Assembly: GCA_037142615.1 (NCBI GenBank)
Contig: JBAXAI010000001.1
Coordinates: forward strand, 140,432-204,431
Direction: 5' to 3'
From: Spirochaetales bacterium
GTDB taxonomy: Bacteria > Spirochaetota > Spirochaetia > JABEVK01
DNA: 64,000 bases
The notes under the pieces were generated by a model. It had not been told where the DNA came from. It saw only the letters and a list, made by a program, of their open reading frames with translations, and ran no database searches. Positions within the stretch are counted from its first letter, which is position 1; each line of letters begins with the position of its first letter. Position numbers and translations under genes: made by a program. Positions 11,115 through 20,649 of the stretch are shown one piece after another.

Positions 11115-11648
11115 TTGGCAGAACTCGAAGCATTGAAGACCAAAACAACGGAATTGCTCACCGAAGGCTGGCGAAGCGGCCTGCTTACCGAAGAGGAGTA
11201 CACGTGGCGCTCCGGACATGTGACGGGCGCCCGTGACGTCGGCGAGCTCGAAGCGCTGGTCTCGGACCTGCTGGAAGACAGGCCCGTTGCCTCTTCCAAA
11301 GCCCTTGCCTCACGGGCGGCTCCCCATTTGTCGGTGCTCGGGAGCCGGCGCGTGGCCGCGAGTCAGCTTGCCCTTGCCGATACGGCGTTGTCAGTCCTAG
11401 GGAACTTGGAACTCGACTACCGAGGCTTTCCCTTCGCGAGCCGTCAGTCGCTCCAACTTGTTTCCGTACTGGGCGAAGCCCTTGTGATCATCCCTCCGGG
11501 TATCAGGGTGAAATCGAATCTTCTCCCCGTGCTGGGAGAAGTCAGTCTGGCTCCGTCGCCAAAGGTTCTCGGTCCCGAAGCCCCGGTCCTGGAAATCATG
11601 GCCGTTGCTGTTCTCGGATCGCTGCGCGTCGTCTACAGAGAGTCCTGA
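11115..11648 (+). CDS. Hypothetical protein with DUF1707/SHOCT-like N-terminal motif
   Basis: The TTG start at 11115 is preceded by GGGAGG 8 nt upstream. The motif LLTEEEYTWRSGHVTGARDVGELEALVSDLL resembles DUF1707. Confidence 0.35.
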   Translation: MAELEALKTKTTELLTEGWRSGLLTEEEYTWRSGHVTGARDVGELEALVSDLLEDRPVASSKALASRAAPHLSVLGSRRVAASQLALADTALSVLGNLELDYRGFPFASRQSLQLVSVLGEALVIIPPGIRVKSNLLPVLGEVSLAPSPKVLGPEAPVLEIMAVAVLGSLRVVYRES

Positions 11649-11714
11649 AAGGGATTGAAGACCTTCGGGAATCTTGCTAGTATTTTGACGTCAAGCAAAA
11701 TAAAGGAGAACTCT

Positions 11715-11882
11715 ATGGCCCACAAAATCAGTGATGCCTGCGTCGCCTGCGGCGCTTGCCTCGATTCCTGCCCCGTCGATGCGATTTCGGAAGGCGATAT
11801 TTACCTGATCAACGCCGACACCTGCACGGATTGCGGTGCGTGTGCGAGCGAATGTCCCACGGAAGCCATCTCTCCGGCCTGA
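11715..11882 (+). CDS. 2x[4Fe-4S] ferredoxin
   Basis: Two CxxCxxCxxxCP motifs are present: CVACGACLDSCP and CTDCGACASECP. AAAGGAG lies 6 nt upstream of the ATG. Confidence 0.85.
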   Translation: MAHKISDACVACGACLDSCPVDAISEGDIYLINADTCTDCGACASECPTEAISPA

Positions 11883-11917
11883 TTTGTGCCGATACTTAGG
11901 CCAGGAGTACTGTTCCC

Positions 11918-13321
11918 ATGGCAGAAGAGGGTTCTGAGGTCTTCCTGACGATCGGTGGTGACGAAGGCGGCGCGCGAGTGGACGTCTTCGTCGCACCCGA
12001 TGGCATGAAGTGCTGGGGTGTTTTTTCTCCCCCCACCGAAGCGGAAGGCAAATTGTTGGTGTTTTCGGACATTGTGGACGCCTTGCAGAACGGTGGTATC
12101 ACGCACGGACTTCAGGACCGCGCCGTCCAGGAAGCGATTTTCCATTGCAACATGGAAAAAATGCGACTCCCCGAGGTTCCTTTGGCGATCGGCACCACGA
12201 TGCTCAAGGAGCGCCCCGCCTTCCTTAAGTTGGAAACCCACATCTATTCCCACCACTTTGACAAAGAAAAGGCCGTTCAGGTCGATTTCAAGGAATACAC
12301 TCCCTTTGTCATCGTCAAGAAAGGCGAACTTCTGGCACGGGCTGTACTTCCCCAGGGCGGGCGACAGGGAACGACGGTTTTTGGTGTCGAGATTCCCGCA
12401 GGAAAGAAAGAAATAAAAATGCTCAAGCCGGGTCCGAACACCTTTTTCGCCCACGGCAAGGTGTTTGCACGGTTGGCTGGCCGGTTTGTTCTCGAGAACG
12501 AAAACTTCGACGTCTCCGATTTGCTCGAGATTGCGGGTGGTGTCGACTACTCGACGGGGAACCTCGTCTTCCCGGGTTCCATTATCGTGAAAGGCGTCGT
12601 TCAGGATGGCTTCAAAATCGTGGCCGGCGGCAGCATCACCGTGCACGAAACCTTGGACGCTTCGGAAGTCATGTGCCGCACCGACCTGAGCTGCAACGGC
12701 GGCATCATCGGAAAGAAACCGGGTCTGGTCCGTGTCGGGGGTAACGTCAAGGCGCTCTTTGTGGAAAACTGCCAGATGGATGTGCTGGGCAATGCCCATT
12801 TCTCGAAGTCTCTGCTGCACACCCGACTTTCGGTCAACGGGAATCTCACGTTCGACGACGGCGGAAGGATTGTATCGAGCTCGATTACGGTCAAGGGAAA
12901 CCTCTTCTGTACCCAGTTGGGCAACGAAAATGGACCGTGTCATGTGATCGCCGGAACCGATTTTGTGGTCTTGCGAAAGATGGAAGGGATTCGGGCCAAG
13001 TACAAAGATGTGGAAGAAGAACTCTTCAAGCTCAAGGCCCGATTGGCAGAGTTGGGAAAAGAGAAGTTCGCCGACGCTGAAAAAGACCTCAAAAAGGCGA
13101 TGGAAACGCTGGTCTCCGAGATGAATCAGCTCACGCCCCAGTTGTTCAATCCCCAAGAAACGAGTGTCAGGGTCAGCGGCCTCGTCCACGAAGGCACGGT
13201 GATCGAGATGGGCTACGCGCGCCTCCAGATCGATGACAAAATCAAGGGGAAGACCTTCCGGCTTTCCCCTGATCAAAAATCGATCCTGGTTGAGAAGTTC
13301 GAGAAGGTCGAAAAGGCCTGA
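11918..13321 (+). CDS. FapA/DUF342-family protein (beta-helix core plus C-terminal coiled coil)
   Basis: A glycine/valine-rich repetitive beta-helix segment (GNLVFPGSIIVKGVVQDGFKIVAGGSITV...) is followed by a coiled coil (EEELFKLKARLAELGKEKF). Confidence 0.7.
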   Translation: MAEEGSEVFLTIGGDEGGARVDVFVAPDGMKCWGVFSPPTEAEGKLLVFSDIVDALQNGGITHGLQDRAVQEAIFHCNMEKMRLPEVPLAIGTTMLKERPAFLKLETHIYSHHFDKEKAVQVDFKEYTPFVIVKKGELLARAVLPQGGRQGTTVFGVEIPAGKKEIKMLKPGPNTFFAHGKVFARLAGRFVLENENFDVSDLLEIAGGVDYSTGNLVFPGSIIVKGVVQDGFKIVAGGSITVHETLDASEVMCRTDLSCNGGIIGKKPGLVRVGGNVKALFVENCQMDVLGNAHFSKSLLHTRLSVNGNLTFDDGGRIVSSSITVKGNLFCTQLGNENGPCHVIAGTDFVVLRKMEGIRAKYKDVEEELFKLKARLAELGKEKFADAEKDLKKAMETLVSEMNQLTPQLFNPQETSVRVSGLVHEGTVIEMGYARLQIDDKIKGKTFRLSPDQKSILVEKFEKVEKA

Positions 13322-13336
13322 CGGCTTAACTCAGCT

Positions 13337-14335
13337 TCAGGTCCAAGCCTTCATCACTTCCAGATACAAACGGTCGCTAGCATTCTTGTCGACCTCGCTC
13401 ACCAGAGCCTTGCCTGTGTCCAGATACCGGAACACGGCCGTGTACTTGGAGGTGCCAACTCCTTCGGCGACGGCAAAACCTTGCTTTGAGTCCTTCAGTA
13501 CGCAGGTTTCACCCTTGGAAGTCACAAAGGTCAGTTCAAACCCGTGTTCCAGAGTGCCCGGATCGCTGTGCTTGAGAAACACCTTTCGCTGGCCTGAGGT
13601 CAGTTCCCACGTTTGTCCGGTACTGCCCGACTTGCCCTGCCATTCCAGCTTCACTTTAAGCCACTGAAAGAACAATTCCACTTCGCTCCGGTGGCCACCT
13701 TTGAACTCAACGGACACCAGATCGTGGAGTTTCTCGCGCATTTCTGCGGGGTTGAAGAAGTTGGCCGTCAGCTTGAGCAGAGGGCCGATCCGCACCCAGG
13801 AAAAGTCGCTCACCGCGGTGTTCAGCGAGGGAAACTTGCGCGAAAAGTCAGCGTAAAACAGATGAGCGTCGGGAACACCACGGGTATCGACAAAGCATCG
13901 GTCTGCGATCCCGTCGAAAAGTTCCGGAACCGGGGCGTCCTTGAGCGGCGATAGCCACCAGACGAAGACGGGAATGTCGCGGATCAACAACGGAGTCCAG
14001 AACTCGGGACTCGCGCCAGCCCTGTCGTCACCCGAGTAGATGACGATTTCCTGGATGCACATCACCTTGTCGTTGGCATCGGCCATGCAGCGGGCCGAGA
14101 CGTCGGTTCGGGTCTCGCCACCCGCATGGCGCCGAACGACCACCACGCGTGACGGGCGCTTGCCGTGTAGGTAGTTCAACGCTTCGATTAGGCGCACATC
14201 GTCGAAGTTCTCGGTGTATACCACCAGGTTGAAGAGGTTGGTCCGCGCCTCGTTGGGCGAAAACTCCTGCTGATTCTTGCGCAGTTCGGCCTCGACGGCC
14301 ACTGGGTCGGCGTAGCGGTTCATAGTTTTCTCCAC
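13337..14335 (-). CDS. opcA: Glucose-6-phosphate dehydrogenase assembly protein OpcA
   Basis: It lies immediately downstream of zwf and overlaps it. RTNLFNLVVY...PSRVVVV...LLIRDIPVFVWW parallels known OpcA sequences. Confidence 0.75.
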   Translation of the reverse strand: MEKTMNRYADPVAVEAELRKNQQEFSPNEARTNLFNLVVYTENFDDVRLIEALNYLHGKRPSRVVVVRRHAGGETRTDVSARCMADANDKVMCIQEIVIYSGDDRAGASPEFWTPLLIRDIPVFVWWLSPLKDAPVPELFDGIADRCFVDTRGVPDAHLFYADFSRKFPSLNTAVSDFSWVRIGPLLKLTANFFNPAEMREKLHDLVSVEFKGGHRSEVELFFQWLKVKLEWQGKSGSTGQTWELTSGQRKVFLKHSDPGTLEHGFELTFVTSKGETCVLKDSKQGFAVAEGVGTSKYTAVFRYLDTGKALVSEVDKNASDRLYLEVMKAWT

Positions 14336-15813
14336 TTGACGCCGGAAGACGCGGCGAGTTCTTTGGCCTCTTCCGGACCGGCGCTACCGGCCTTGTACTG
14401 GGGCAGGGGTGACGGGTCATCGGCCCAGCCCTGAAGGATTCGGGTGATGAAAGTCCAGCTGGCCTCAATTTCATCACGTCGGGTATAGAGCGTGGAGTCA
14501 CCGACCAGACAGTCGAGGATAAGTCGCTCGTACGCCTCGGGAGTGGATTCGCCAAAGGTATTGCCGTAAGCGAAGTCCATGTTCACTGGGCGAACTTGCG
14601 TCAGGTAGCCGGGAATCTTTGCGTTGATGCTGAAGGTCACTCCTTCGTCGGGCTGGATGTGGATGACCAACTGATTGCTTCCACCGTCGGTGGCCTGATT
14701 CTTGAAGATCTGCAACGGGGGTTGCTTGAACGTGACCGCGACTTCGCTCATTCGGCGGGTCATGCTCTTGCCCACGCGGATAAACACCGGGACACCTTCC
14801 CAGCGCCAGGTATCCAGGAACAACTTGAGCGCGACGAACGTCTCGGTCTGCGATTTTGGAGAAACCCCGTCTTCCTGGAGGTAACCCTTGACCGCCTTTC
14901 CTTGGGTTATGCCTGGGGCGTACTGGCCTCGTACGGTGAAGTCCCGAACATTTTTGTGGGTAATGGGCCGCAGGCTCTTGAGCACCTTGACCTTCTCGGT
15001 CCGAATGGTGTCGGGGCTCAGGTCATTGGGCGGCTCCATGAGCAGCAGGGTCATGATTTGAAAGATGTGGTTCTGCACCATGTCTCGCAACGTACCGGAT
15101 TTTTCGTAGTAGTTGCCACGCGTGCCCACACCAATAGATTCGGAAACCGTGATCTGGATGTTCTCAATGTAGCGGTTGTTCCAAAGCGGCTCGAAAATGC
15201 CGTTGGCGAAGCGCAACACGAGAATGTTTTGCACCGTTTCCTTTCCGATGTAGTGGTCGATTCGGTAAATCTGGTTTTCTTCCAACTGACTCGAAAGGAT
15301 ATCGTTGAGCTCGCGCGCCGTGGCCAGATCGCGACCAAACGGTTTTTCGACAATGACTCGGCTATAGCCGCCGGGTGACTTGTTGAGACCGGCGGCCCCT
15401 AGGTTGCGTACGATGTTCTCGTAGTCATCCGGAGGGGTCGACAGGTAGTAGACCTTGTTGTCCCAAACGTTGACAACCTTGGCCAGACGCGAATAGCCGT
15501 CGGCATCGTCGAAGTTCGAACTCACAAAGTCGAGCTTGTCGAGAAAAGCGCGCTTCTGGGCCTCGGGGACATGGGCATAGTGGCCGATGGCCAGCATGCT
15601 CGCGGCTTCGGTCTGGAAGGTTTCTTTGGTCCACGGTCGCCGTGCAAAGCCTACCACCTGAAACTGGGAAATATTGCCCTTAAGGAACAACGAAAACAGC
15701 GCGGGGATGAGCTTTTTGCGGGTCAAATCACCGGTCGCACCGAAAATCGTGATAACGAAGGGAGAGGGTTCTTTGGCGAACTGCAGGCCGTCCAGCAATG
15801 GGTTGGAAAACAT
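14320..15813 (-). CDS. zwf: Glucose-6-phosphate 1-dehydrogenase
   Basis: The NADP-binding motif is TIFGATGDLTRKKL and the active-site motif is RIDHYIGKE. Confidence 0.9.
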   Translation of the reverse strand: MFSNPLLDGLQFAKEPSPFVITIFGATGDLTRKKLIPALFSLFLKGNISQFQVVGFARRPWTKETFQTEAASMLAIGHYAHVPEAQKRAFLDKLDFVSSNFDDADGYSRLAKVVNVWDNKVYYLSTPPDDYENIVRNLGAAGLNKSPGGYSRVIVEKPFGRDLATARELNDILSSQLEENQIYRIDHYIGKETVQNILVLRFANGIFEPLWNNRYIENIQITVSESIGVGTRGNYYEKSGTLRDMVQNHIFQIMTLLLMEPPNDLSPDTIRTEKVKVLKSLRPITHKNVRDFTVRGQYAPGITQGKAVKGYLQEDGVSPKSQTETFVALKLFLDTWRWEGVPVFIRVGKSMTRRMSEVAVTFKQPPLQIFKNQATDGGSNQLVIHIQPDEGVTFSINAKIPGYLTQVRPVNMDFAYGNTFGESTPEAYERLILDCLVGDSTLYTRRDEIEASWTFITRILQGWADDPSPLPQYKAGSAGPEEAKELAASSGVKWRKL

Positions 15814-15837
15814 ACCTCCAATTTAAGGGCAAGGCCG

Positions 15838-15878
15838 GGCTTTTACAAGCAAAAAAAAAACCGTAGAATGGGCCCATG
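15838..15878 (+). promoter_or_regulatory. Putative sigma70-type promoter for murI (TTTACA-16-TAGAAT) in the zwf/murI divergent region
   Basis: TTTACA is at 15842-15847 and TAGAAT at 15864-15869. The murI ATG at 15876 is only 7 nt downstream, which would make the transcript leaderless. Confidence 0.35.
15851..15860. repeat. A10 homopolymer tract inside the promoter spacer
   Basis: The run is read directly from the sequence: caagc-AAAAAAAAAA-ccg. Confidence 0.9.
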
Positions 15879-16703
15879 GATCGTCGTCCCGTAGCGGTTA
15901 TTGACTCTGGAATCGGTGGCCTGCCGTATCTTGACTGGTTGCAGGAACACCTTCCCCTGGAGCGCTTTGTTTATGTCGCTGACCGACGCAATTTCCCCTA
16001 CGGAGAGAAAACGCCCCAAAGGGTCCGTGAGGCCGTCGCTCAGCTTTCGCGCGACCTGTTGGAACATTACCAGCCCAAGCTCATGGTGGTGGCCTGCAAC
16101 ACCGCCTCGGTTCTGGCACTCGATCATCTTCGCTCTGTGTTTCCCGGCCCAGTGGTAGGGGTGGTGCCGGCCGTGAAGACCGCGGCAGGGCGAACTCGCA
16201 ACGGGCGTATCGGCGTGCTGGCTACCCAGCGGACCATCGAAGGCGGCTATCTGGAACGGTTGGTCGCGGAGTTCTGCCCAGGTCGCCAGGTTTCCTGCTG
16301 GGCCGCCGGTGACATCGTGACGCTGGTCGAAGATGACCCGCTCAAGCCCGATCCCGAGGCGCGCGAGCGCATTCTGAGTCATTGGGCCTCGGTGGTGCGT
16401 GAGTTCGGTGCCGACACGTTGGTCCTCGGCTGCACCCACTTTTTGCATGTGACCCGGGAACTCCAAGTCCACTTGGGTCCCGAGGTGGTTCTGCTCGACA
16501 GCCGTGAAGGCGTGGGCCGCCGCGTAGAAACTCTGCTCGATCAAGGTGGCTTGCAGAGCGTGGCCCGAAGTGCCCGATCGGTGTTGCACTTTACCGCAGA
16601 CCCGGCGTGGCCTGAGGCTGAACTTGCCGCGCACGAGGGCAAGTACCGGCACTTCGCGGCCCAATTCGGTCTGGAATACGGCGGACCCTGGAGTCGCGCT
16701 TGA
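15876..16703 (+). CDS. murI: Glutamate racemase
   Basis: VIDSGIGGL, VVACNTAS and LGCTHF motifs are present. Confidence 0.9.
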   Translation: MDRRPVAVIDSGIGGLPYLDWLQEHLPLERFVYVADRRNFPYGEKTPQRVREAVAQLSRDLLEHYQPKLMVVACNTASVLALDHLRSVFPGPVVGVVPAVKTAAGRTRNGRIGVLATQRTIEGGYLERLVAEFCPGRQVSCWAAGDIVTLVEDDPLKPDPEARERILSHWASVVREFGADTLVLGCTHFLHVTRELQVHLGPEVVLLDSREGVGRRVETLLDQGGLQSVARSARSVLHFTADPAWPEAELAAHEGKYRHFAAQFGLEYGGPWSRA

Positions 16704-17647
16704 CCGGCACGATCCATTGGGGCATCAACAACATCTTCGCGGTCCGGGGCAATGACGACGGGGTGGGTCAGGACCTTTGGGAGTGCCGGTTGAAGGGTAA
16801 AGTCCTCAAGGACGCCGAAGACGAGTACAACCCCCTTTCTCCGGGTGACCGTGTGGACTTTGAACCCGACCCCGACCACGCCGGCAAGGGCATGATCAGC
16901 GCCCGCCAGCCTCGCACCAACGCCTATTCGCGATGGAACAAAAAACGCAACTGCCCCCAAACGCTGGCCGCCAACCTCGACCTGCTGGTGCTGGTCACCT
17001 CGCCGGTGTCTCCCCCGTTTCGTCCGCGGTTTCTCGACCGTGCTCTCCTGATGGCCGGGCGCGAGGACCTCGAGGTTCTCATCGTGGTGAATAAATGCGA
17101 CCAGGGAGTCCCGGACGACGTGGAAGACCGCCTGGCCGAGTACCAGGACCTCGGCTTTGACGTACATTTGTGTTCGTCCCAGACCGGGGAAGGCATCACG
17201 GAACTCCAGGAACATCTGAAGGGGCTCACCAGCGCGCTCGTCGGCCAGTCCGGGGTAGGTAAGTCGAGCCTTCTCAATGTTCTCCATGTGGGTTCCCGGC
17301 AAAAAGTCGGTGAACTTTCGGCCAAGCACAACCGGGGCAATCACACGACCAACTTCAGTCTCTACTACCCGTGGGATGTGGGCAGCCCGGCAGCCGGGGG
17401 ACTCATCGACACTCCGGGCGTGAGAGAACTCGAAGTCTTCGGCATCGAAGCGGCGCAGTTGGCGTTTGCCTGGCCTGAGTTTGCGCCGTTCTTGGGCCAA
17501 TGTGGCTTCAATCTGTGTTCGCACACCAAAGAACCCGGCTGCGCGGTGCTCAAGGCCCTCGAAAGTGGCGATATTCATCCCGACCGTTGGGACAACTACC
17601 AGAAACTGTACTTAGAGTTGCAGGAAGCCGAGCGCCGATGGACCTGA
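16700..17647 (+). CDS. rsgA: Ribosome small-subunit-dependent GTPase A
   Basis: The P-loop is GQSGVGKSSLLN and the G-motifs are circularly permuted (VNKCDQ before it). There is a C-terminal Zn-finger, CGFNLCSHTKEPGC. The TTG start overlaps the murI stop. Confidence 0.9.
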   Translation: MTGTIHWGINNIFAVRGNDDGVGQDLWECRLKGKVLKDAEDEYNPLSPGDRVDFEPDPDHAGKGMISARQPRTNAYSRWNKKRNCPQTLAANLDLLVLVTSPVSPPFRPRFLDRALLMAGREDLEVLIVVNKCDQGVPDDVEDRLAEYQDLGFDVHLCSSQTGEGITELQEHLKGLTSALVGQSGVGKSSLLNVLHVGSRQKVGELSAKHNRGNHTTNFSLYYPWDVGSPAAGGLIDTPGVRELEVFGIEAAQLAFAWPEFAPFLGQCGFNLCSHTKEPGCAVLKALESGDIHPDRWDNYQKLYLELQEAERRWT

Positions 17648-20019
17648 CCACTTTCGAGACCCTCGAGTTTCCACGGATCCTTGCCCAGGTGGCCGACTGC
17701 TGCATGACCGCCGAAGCCGCCCGCGAGCTGCCGCTGCAGCCTGTGCTGACAAACCGACAGGAGCTTCAGTCGCTTCAGGCCGAGGTGAAGCCGCTGCTGA
17801 CCCTTTTGATCCGGGTCGCCGAACTCCCGGCGGCCGATTTTCCCGAAGTGGAAGGAGCCCTCGAGCGTTGCGGGCCGGAGGGAAGCGTGCTCGACGGTCA
17901 ACAGCTGAAAGCAATCGCCCGCTACCTCAGCTCTGCCTCGGTGTGGAAACGTTTTTTGGCGGCCCGGGAAGAAGAATCACTCAAGGTCTGGGCGCTGCGT
18001 TTGGGCGACCATAGCGCCGTGGCCCAAGCTGTCCACCAGGTTCTCGATGCTACCGGTCAAGTGATGGAGGAGGCCGTGCCGGCTCTGATGCACCTCCGGG
18101 GTGAAATCCAGCGTACACGAATGGACATCGACACCACCGCGCGGGGTTTCTTGAAAGACGTCGGCACCCACGACCTGTGGCAGGATTCTCCCCCAATTCA
18201 GCGGGATGGCCGGACAGTTCTTTCACTCAAGAGCAACTTCAAGGGGCGGATCGCCGCCGTCGTTCACGAGGCCTCGGCTTCGGGGGCGACGCTGTTTGTG
18301 GAGCCCTATGAGCTGGTCGAAAAGAACAACCGTCTGGCCGAAAACCATTCCGCTTGGAAGGCCGAGCTCGCACGGCTGTTTCGTGAACTGACGGCCCAGA
18401 TTCGAGAGCACCGCGAGGCAATCCTCACCACCGTGGCTAACTTGACCTGGCTCGACAGCCGCTTGGCCCGTGCCCGTTGGGGGCTGCGTTTCCGTTGTGA
18501 GTTTCCTTCGCTGGCCGTGGCCGGGGAAGGTTGGCAACTCCTCCAGGCCCGGCACCCTTTACTGGGAAACTCGGCTGTGCCTGTCGATCTGGTGATGCCA
18601 CCCCATACCTCGATCCTCTTGCTTTCGGGGCCCAATACTGGCGGCAAGACGGTCAGCCTCAAGACGGTGGGCCTGCTGAGCCTTCTCCATCAGTTCGGAC
18701 TTCCGGTTCCCGCTGCGGCCGAAAGCCGGTTGCCACTTTGGGACGCGGTGTTCACCGACGTGGGTGACCATCAGTCGCTCGACCAAGCTCTTTCGACGTT
18801 CTCGAGCCACATGGACCGCATGGCTCAGGTATTTCGCGGTACTTCGGCCCAATCGCTTGTCCTGCTCGACGAGATGGCCAGCGGCACCGATCCCCAGGAA
18901 GGTGGGGCCCTTGGGATGAGCTTCCTGGAGCACTTTCTGGGAACCGGAGCAACAGTGCTCGGGACTACCCACCACGGTGCGCTCAAGAACTTTGCCTTCA
19001 CTCGCGCTGGGGTCAAGAATGCTTCGGTCGAGTTTGACGCCGCCTCGGGCAAGCCCACCTACCGGATCGTTCCCGATGTGCCGGGCACTTCGTACGCGCT
19101 CGAGACGGCTCAGCGGGTGGGGATTCCTCAGGCTCTGGTTGACCGGGCCCGGCAGATCCTCGAAGGCGGTGAAACCGACGTGGCGAAGGTGATCACCACG
19201 CTCCGCGACAAGCAGCGGGAACTGGCGGAAAGGGAAAAAGAGCTGGCCCTGCGCGAAGCGGGGTTTCAAGACACCCGACGCAAAACCGACCTGCTGGCGC
19301 TGCGCCTCAAACAACGGGAGAACGAGCTCAAGGAGTCTGGCCTCGGTGAGGTGAACCGCTTCCTTTCCGACAGTCGAAAGGCCTTCGAGAAGTTCGTCAA
19401 GGACATTCGCGAGGGCGAAAGCTTGACGACCGAGAAGATCAAGCAGGTGCGGGGCTTTTTGGCCGAAACCGCCGAAACGCTGGCCGCGCAAAAGCAGCAG
19501 CTCGAGCAGGAGCGAGTCGACTCTCCTGCCGAAAGACCAGATCCTACTACAATCGATCCCACGCCCGCTGACGAATGGCAACCCGGCCAATTGGTGGCGG
19601 TTGATCCCGGCAATCAGCGCGGGACCCTTCTGCGCCGGGCCGGACGCGACCGCTACGTCGTGGCCATCGGGTCGGTGAACCTCACGGTGAAGTTGACCCA
19701 ATTGAGGGCCATCCGTCAAACCACCAAGCCCCCGCGCAAAGTGGAGATTTCGACCTCGGGCCTCGGCACCGGCAGTTCGGCTGTCTTTTCGCTTGACCTG
19801 CGCGGGCAACGCCTTTCCGAGGCTGTAGAACGGCTCGAGAAGCAGGTCGACGCCGCTCTCTTGTCGGGCCTGGGCGAGTTCTCGATCATCCATGGACTCG
19901 GGGAAGGGGTGCTGCAAAAGGGAGTCCAGGACTATTTGAAGGGGCGTCGTGAAGTTCGCAAGTTCTTTTTTTCGCATCCCGAGGAGGGCGGTTACGGCAA
20001 AACCATCGTTCAGCTTTAG
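17638..20019 (+). CDS. mutS2: Endonuclease MutS2 (MutS domain III-V plus Smr)
   Basis: The Walker A is LLLSGPNTGGKTV and the Walker B is LVLLDEMASGTDP. A C-terminal Smr domain is present (LDLRGQRLSEA...IIHGLGEGVL). The start overlaps the rsgA stop by 10 bp. Confidence 0.9.
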   Translation: MDLTTFETLEFPRILAQVADCCMTAEAARELPLQPVLTNRQELQSLQAEVKPLLTLLIRVAELPAADFPEVEGALERCGPEGSVLDGQQLKAIARYLSSASVWKRFLAAREEESLKVWALRLGDHSAVAQAVHQVLDATGQVMEEAVPALMHLRGEIQRTRMDIDTTARGFLKDVGTHDLWQDSPPIQRDGRTVLSLKSNFKGRIAAVVHEASASGATLFVEPYELVEKNNRLAENHSAWKAELARLFRELTAQIREHREAILTTVANLTWLDSRLARARWGLRFRCEFPSLAVAGEGWQLLQARHPLLGNSAVPVDLVMPPHTSILLLSGPNTGGKTVSLKTVGLLSLLHQFGLPVPAAAESRLPLWDAVFTDVGDHQSLDQALSTFSSHMDRMAQVFRGTSAQSLVLLDEMASGTDPQEGGALGMSFLEHFLGTGATVLGTTHHGALKNFAFTRAGVKNASVEFDAASGKPTYRIVPDVPGTSYALETAQRVGIPQALVDRARQILEGGETDVAKVITTLRDKQRELAEREKELALREAGFQDTRRKTDLLALRLKQRENELKESGLGEVNRFLSDSRKAFEKFVKDIREGESLTTEKIKQVRGFLAETAETLAAQKQQLEQERVDSPAERPDPTTIDPTPADEWQPGQLVAVDPGNQRGTLLRRAGRDRYVVAIGSVNLTVKLTQLRAIRQTTKPPRKVEISTSGLGTGSSAVFSLDLRGQRLSEAVERLEKQVDAALLSGLGEFSIIHGLGEGVLQKGVQDYLKGRREVRKFFFSHPEEGGYGKTIVQL

Positions 20020-20584
20020 CGCTTCAGTTTGGCAGGTCCTACTTCTCGGTGGTTGTCTGTTGCTCTCCGGTTGCCTTGAACTCAAGGTCACCGTCACGTT
20101 CAAGACGGGCTCGACGGGTACCGTGGAAATCGAAGGTGTGAAAGATCACCTGTCCGATGGGCTGGACTGGCAGGGGTTGGTCTTTCCCAGCAGCCGCGTC
20201 GAGTGGGCGGCCATTGTCGCACAAAGCCCGGGATCCTCGTTCACGAGCTTTGAGGCCGTTGCTGACGATCTGGGCACCCACACCAAGACCGTGCTCGGGT
20301 TCTCCACTTCTCGAGGGCTGGAAAGTCTGTTCGTCAGTTTCAAACAGAAACTGACTTTGCTGCAGGATGCCCAGGGAAAGACGACCCTGACGTATGCTCC
20401 GCTGGTCCCGAAGCTTTCGGCTGCTGCCGCCGAAACCCGCAAGTTGTGGATCGACCTGTGGGGCGACACCCAATGGTCCCTCAAGATTCTGCCTCCCAAC
20501 AACGCGTCGGCTGCGGTCTATGCGGTTGCACTTCGCGATTTTGCCTCAGAGAAAGCCCCGGCCGAGTGGAAGCTCAACTGGTGA
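19949..20584 (+). CDS. Hypothetical lipoprotein
   Basis: The GTG start at 19949 overlaps the mutS2 3' end. An LSGC lipobox follows a long n-region. The start assignment is uncertain. Confidence 0.4.
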   Translation: MKFASSFFRIPRRAVTAKPSFSFSASVWQVLLLGGCLLLSGCLELKVTVTFKTGSTGTVEIEGVKDHLSDGLDWQGLVFPSSRVEWAAIVAQSPGSSFTSFEAVADDLGTHTKTVLGFSTSRGLESLFVSFKQKLTLLQDAQGKTTLTYAPLVPKLSAAAAETRKLWIDLWGDTQWSLKILPPNNASAAVYAVALRDFASEKAPAEWKLNW

Positions 20585-20649
20585 GCGCCACCGGGGCCTT
20601 TTTCCAAAGCTTGACCTCCCGGGTTCTTGTGTCTATCGTCAGACTTGCC

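Noticed and set aside
11801-13276. 491-aa minus ORF
   Set aside because: It is antisense to the FapA/DUF342 gene and ferredoxin. It has no motifs, and the + strand genes have RBSs.
19966-19972. Homopolymer tracts in coding regions as phase-variation switches: T7 in mutS2, A8 in uvrA at 22279-22286, A8 in the TPR gene at 31056-31063
   Set aside because: The tracts are short and sit in frame within housekeeping genes. Nothing suggests contingency-locus behaviour.
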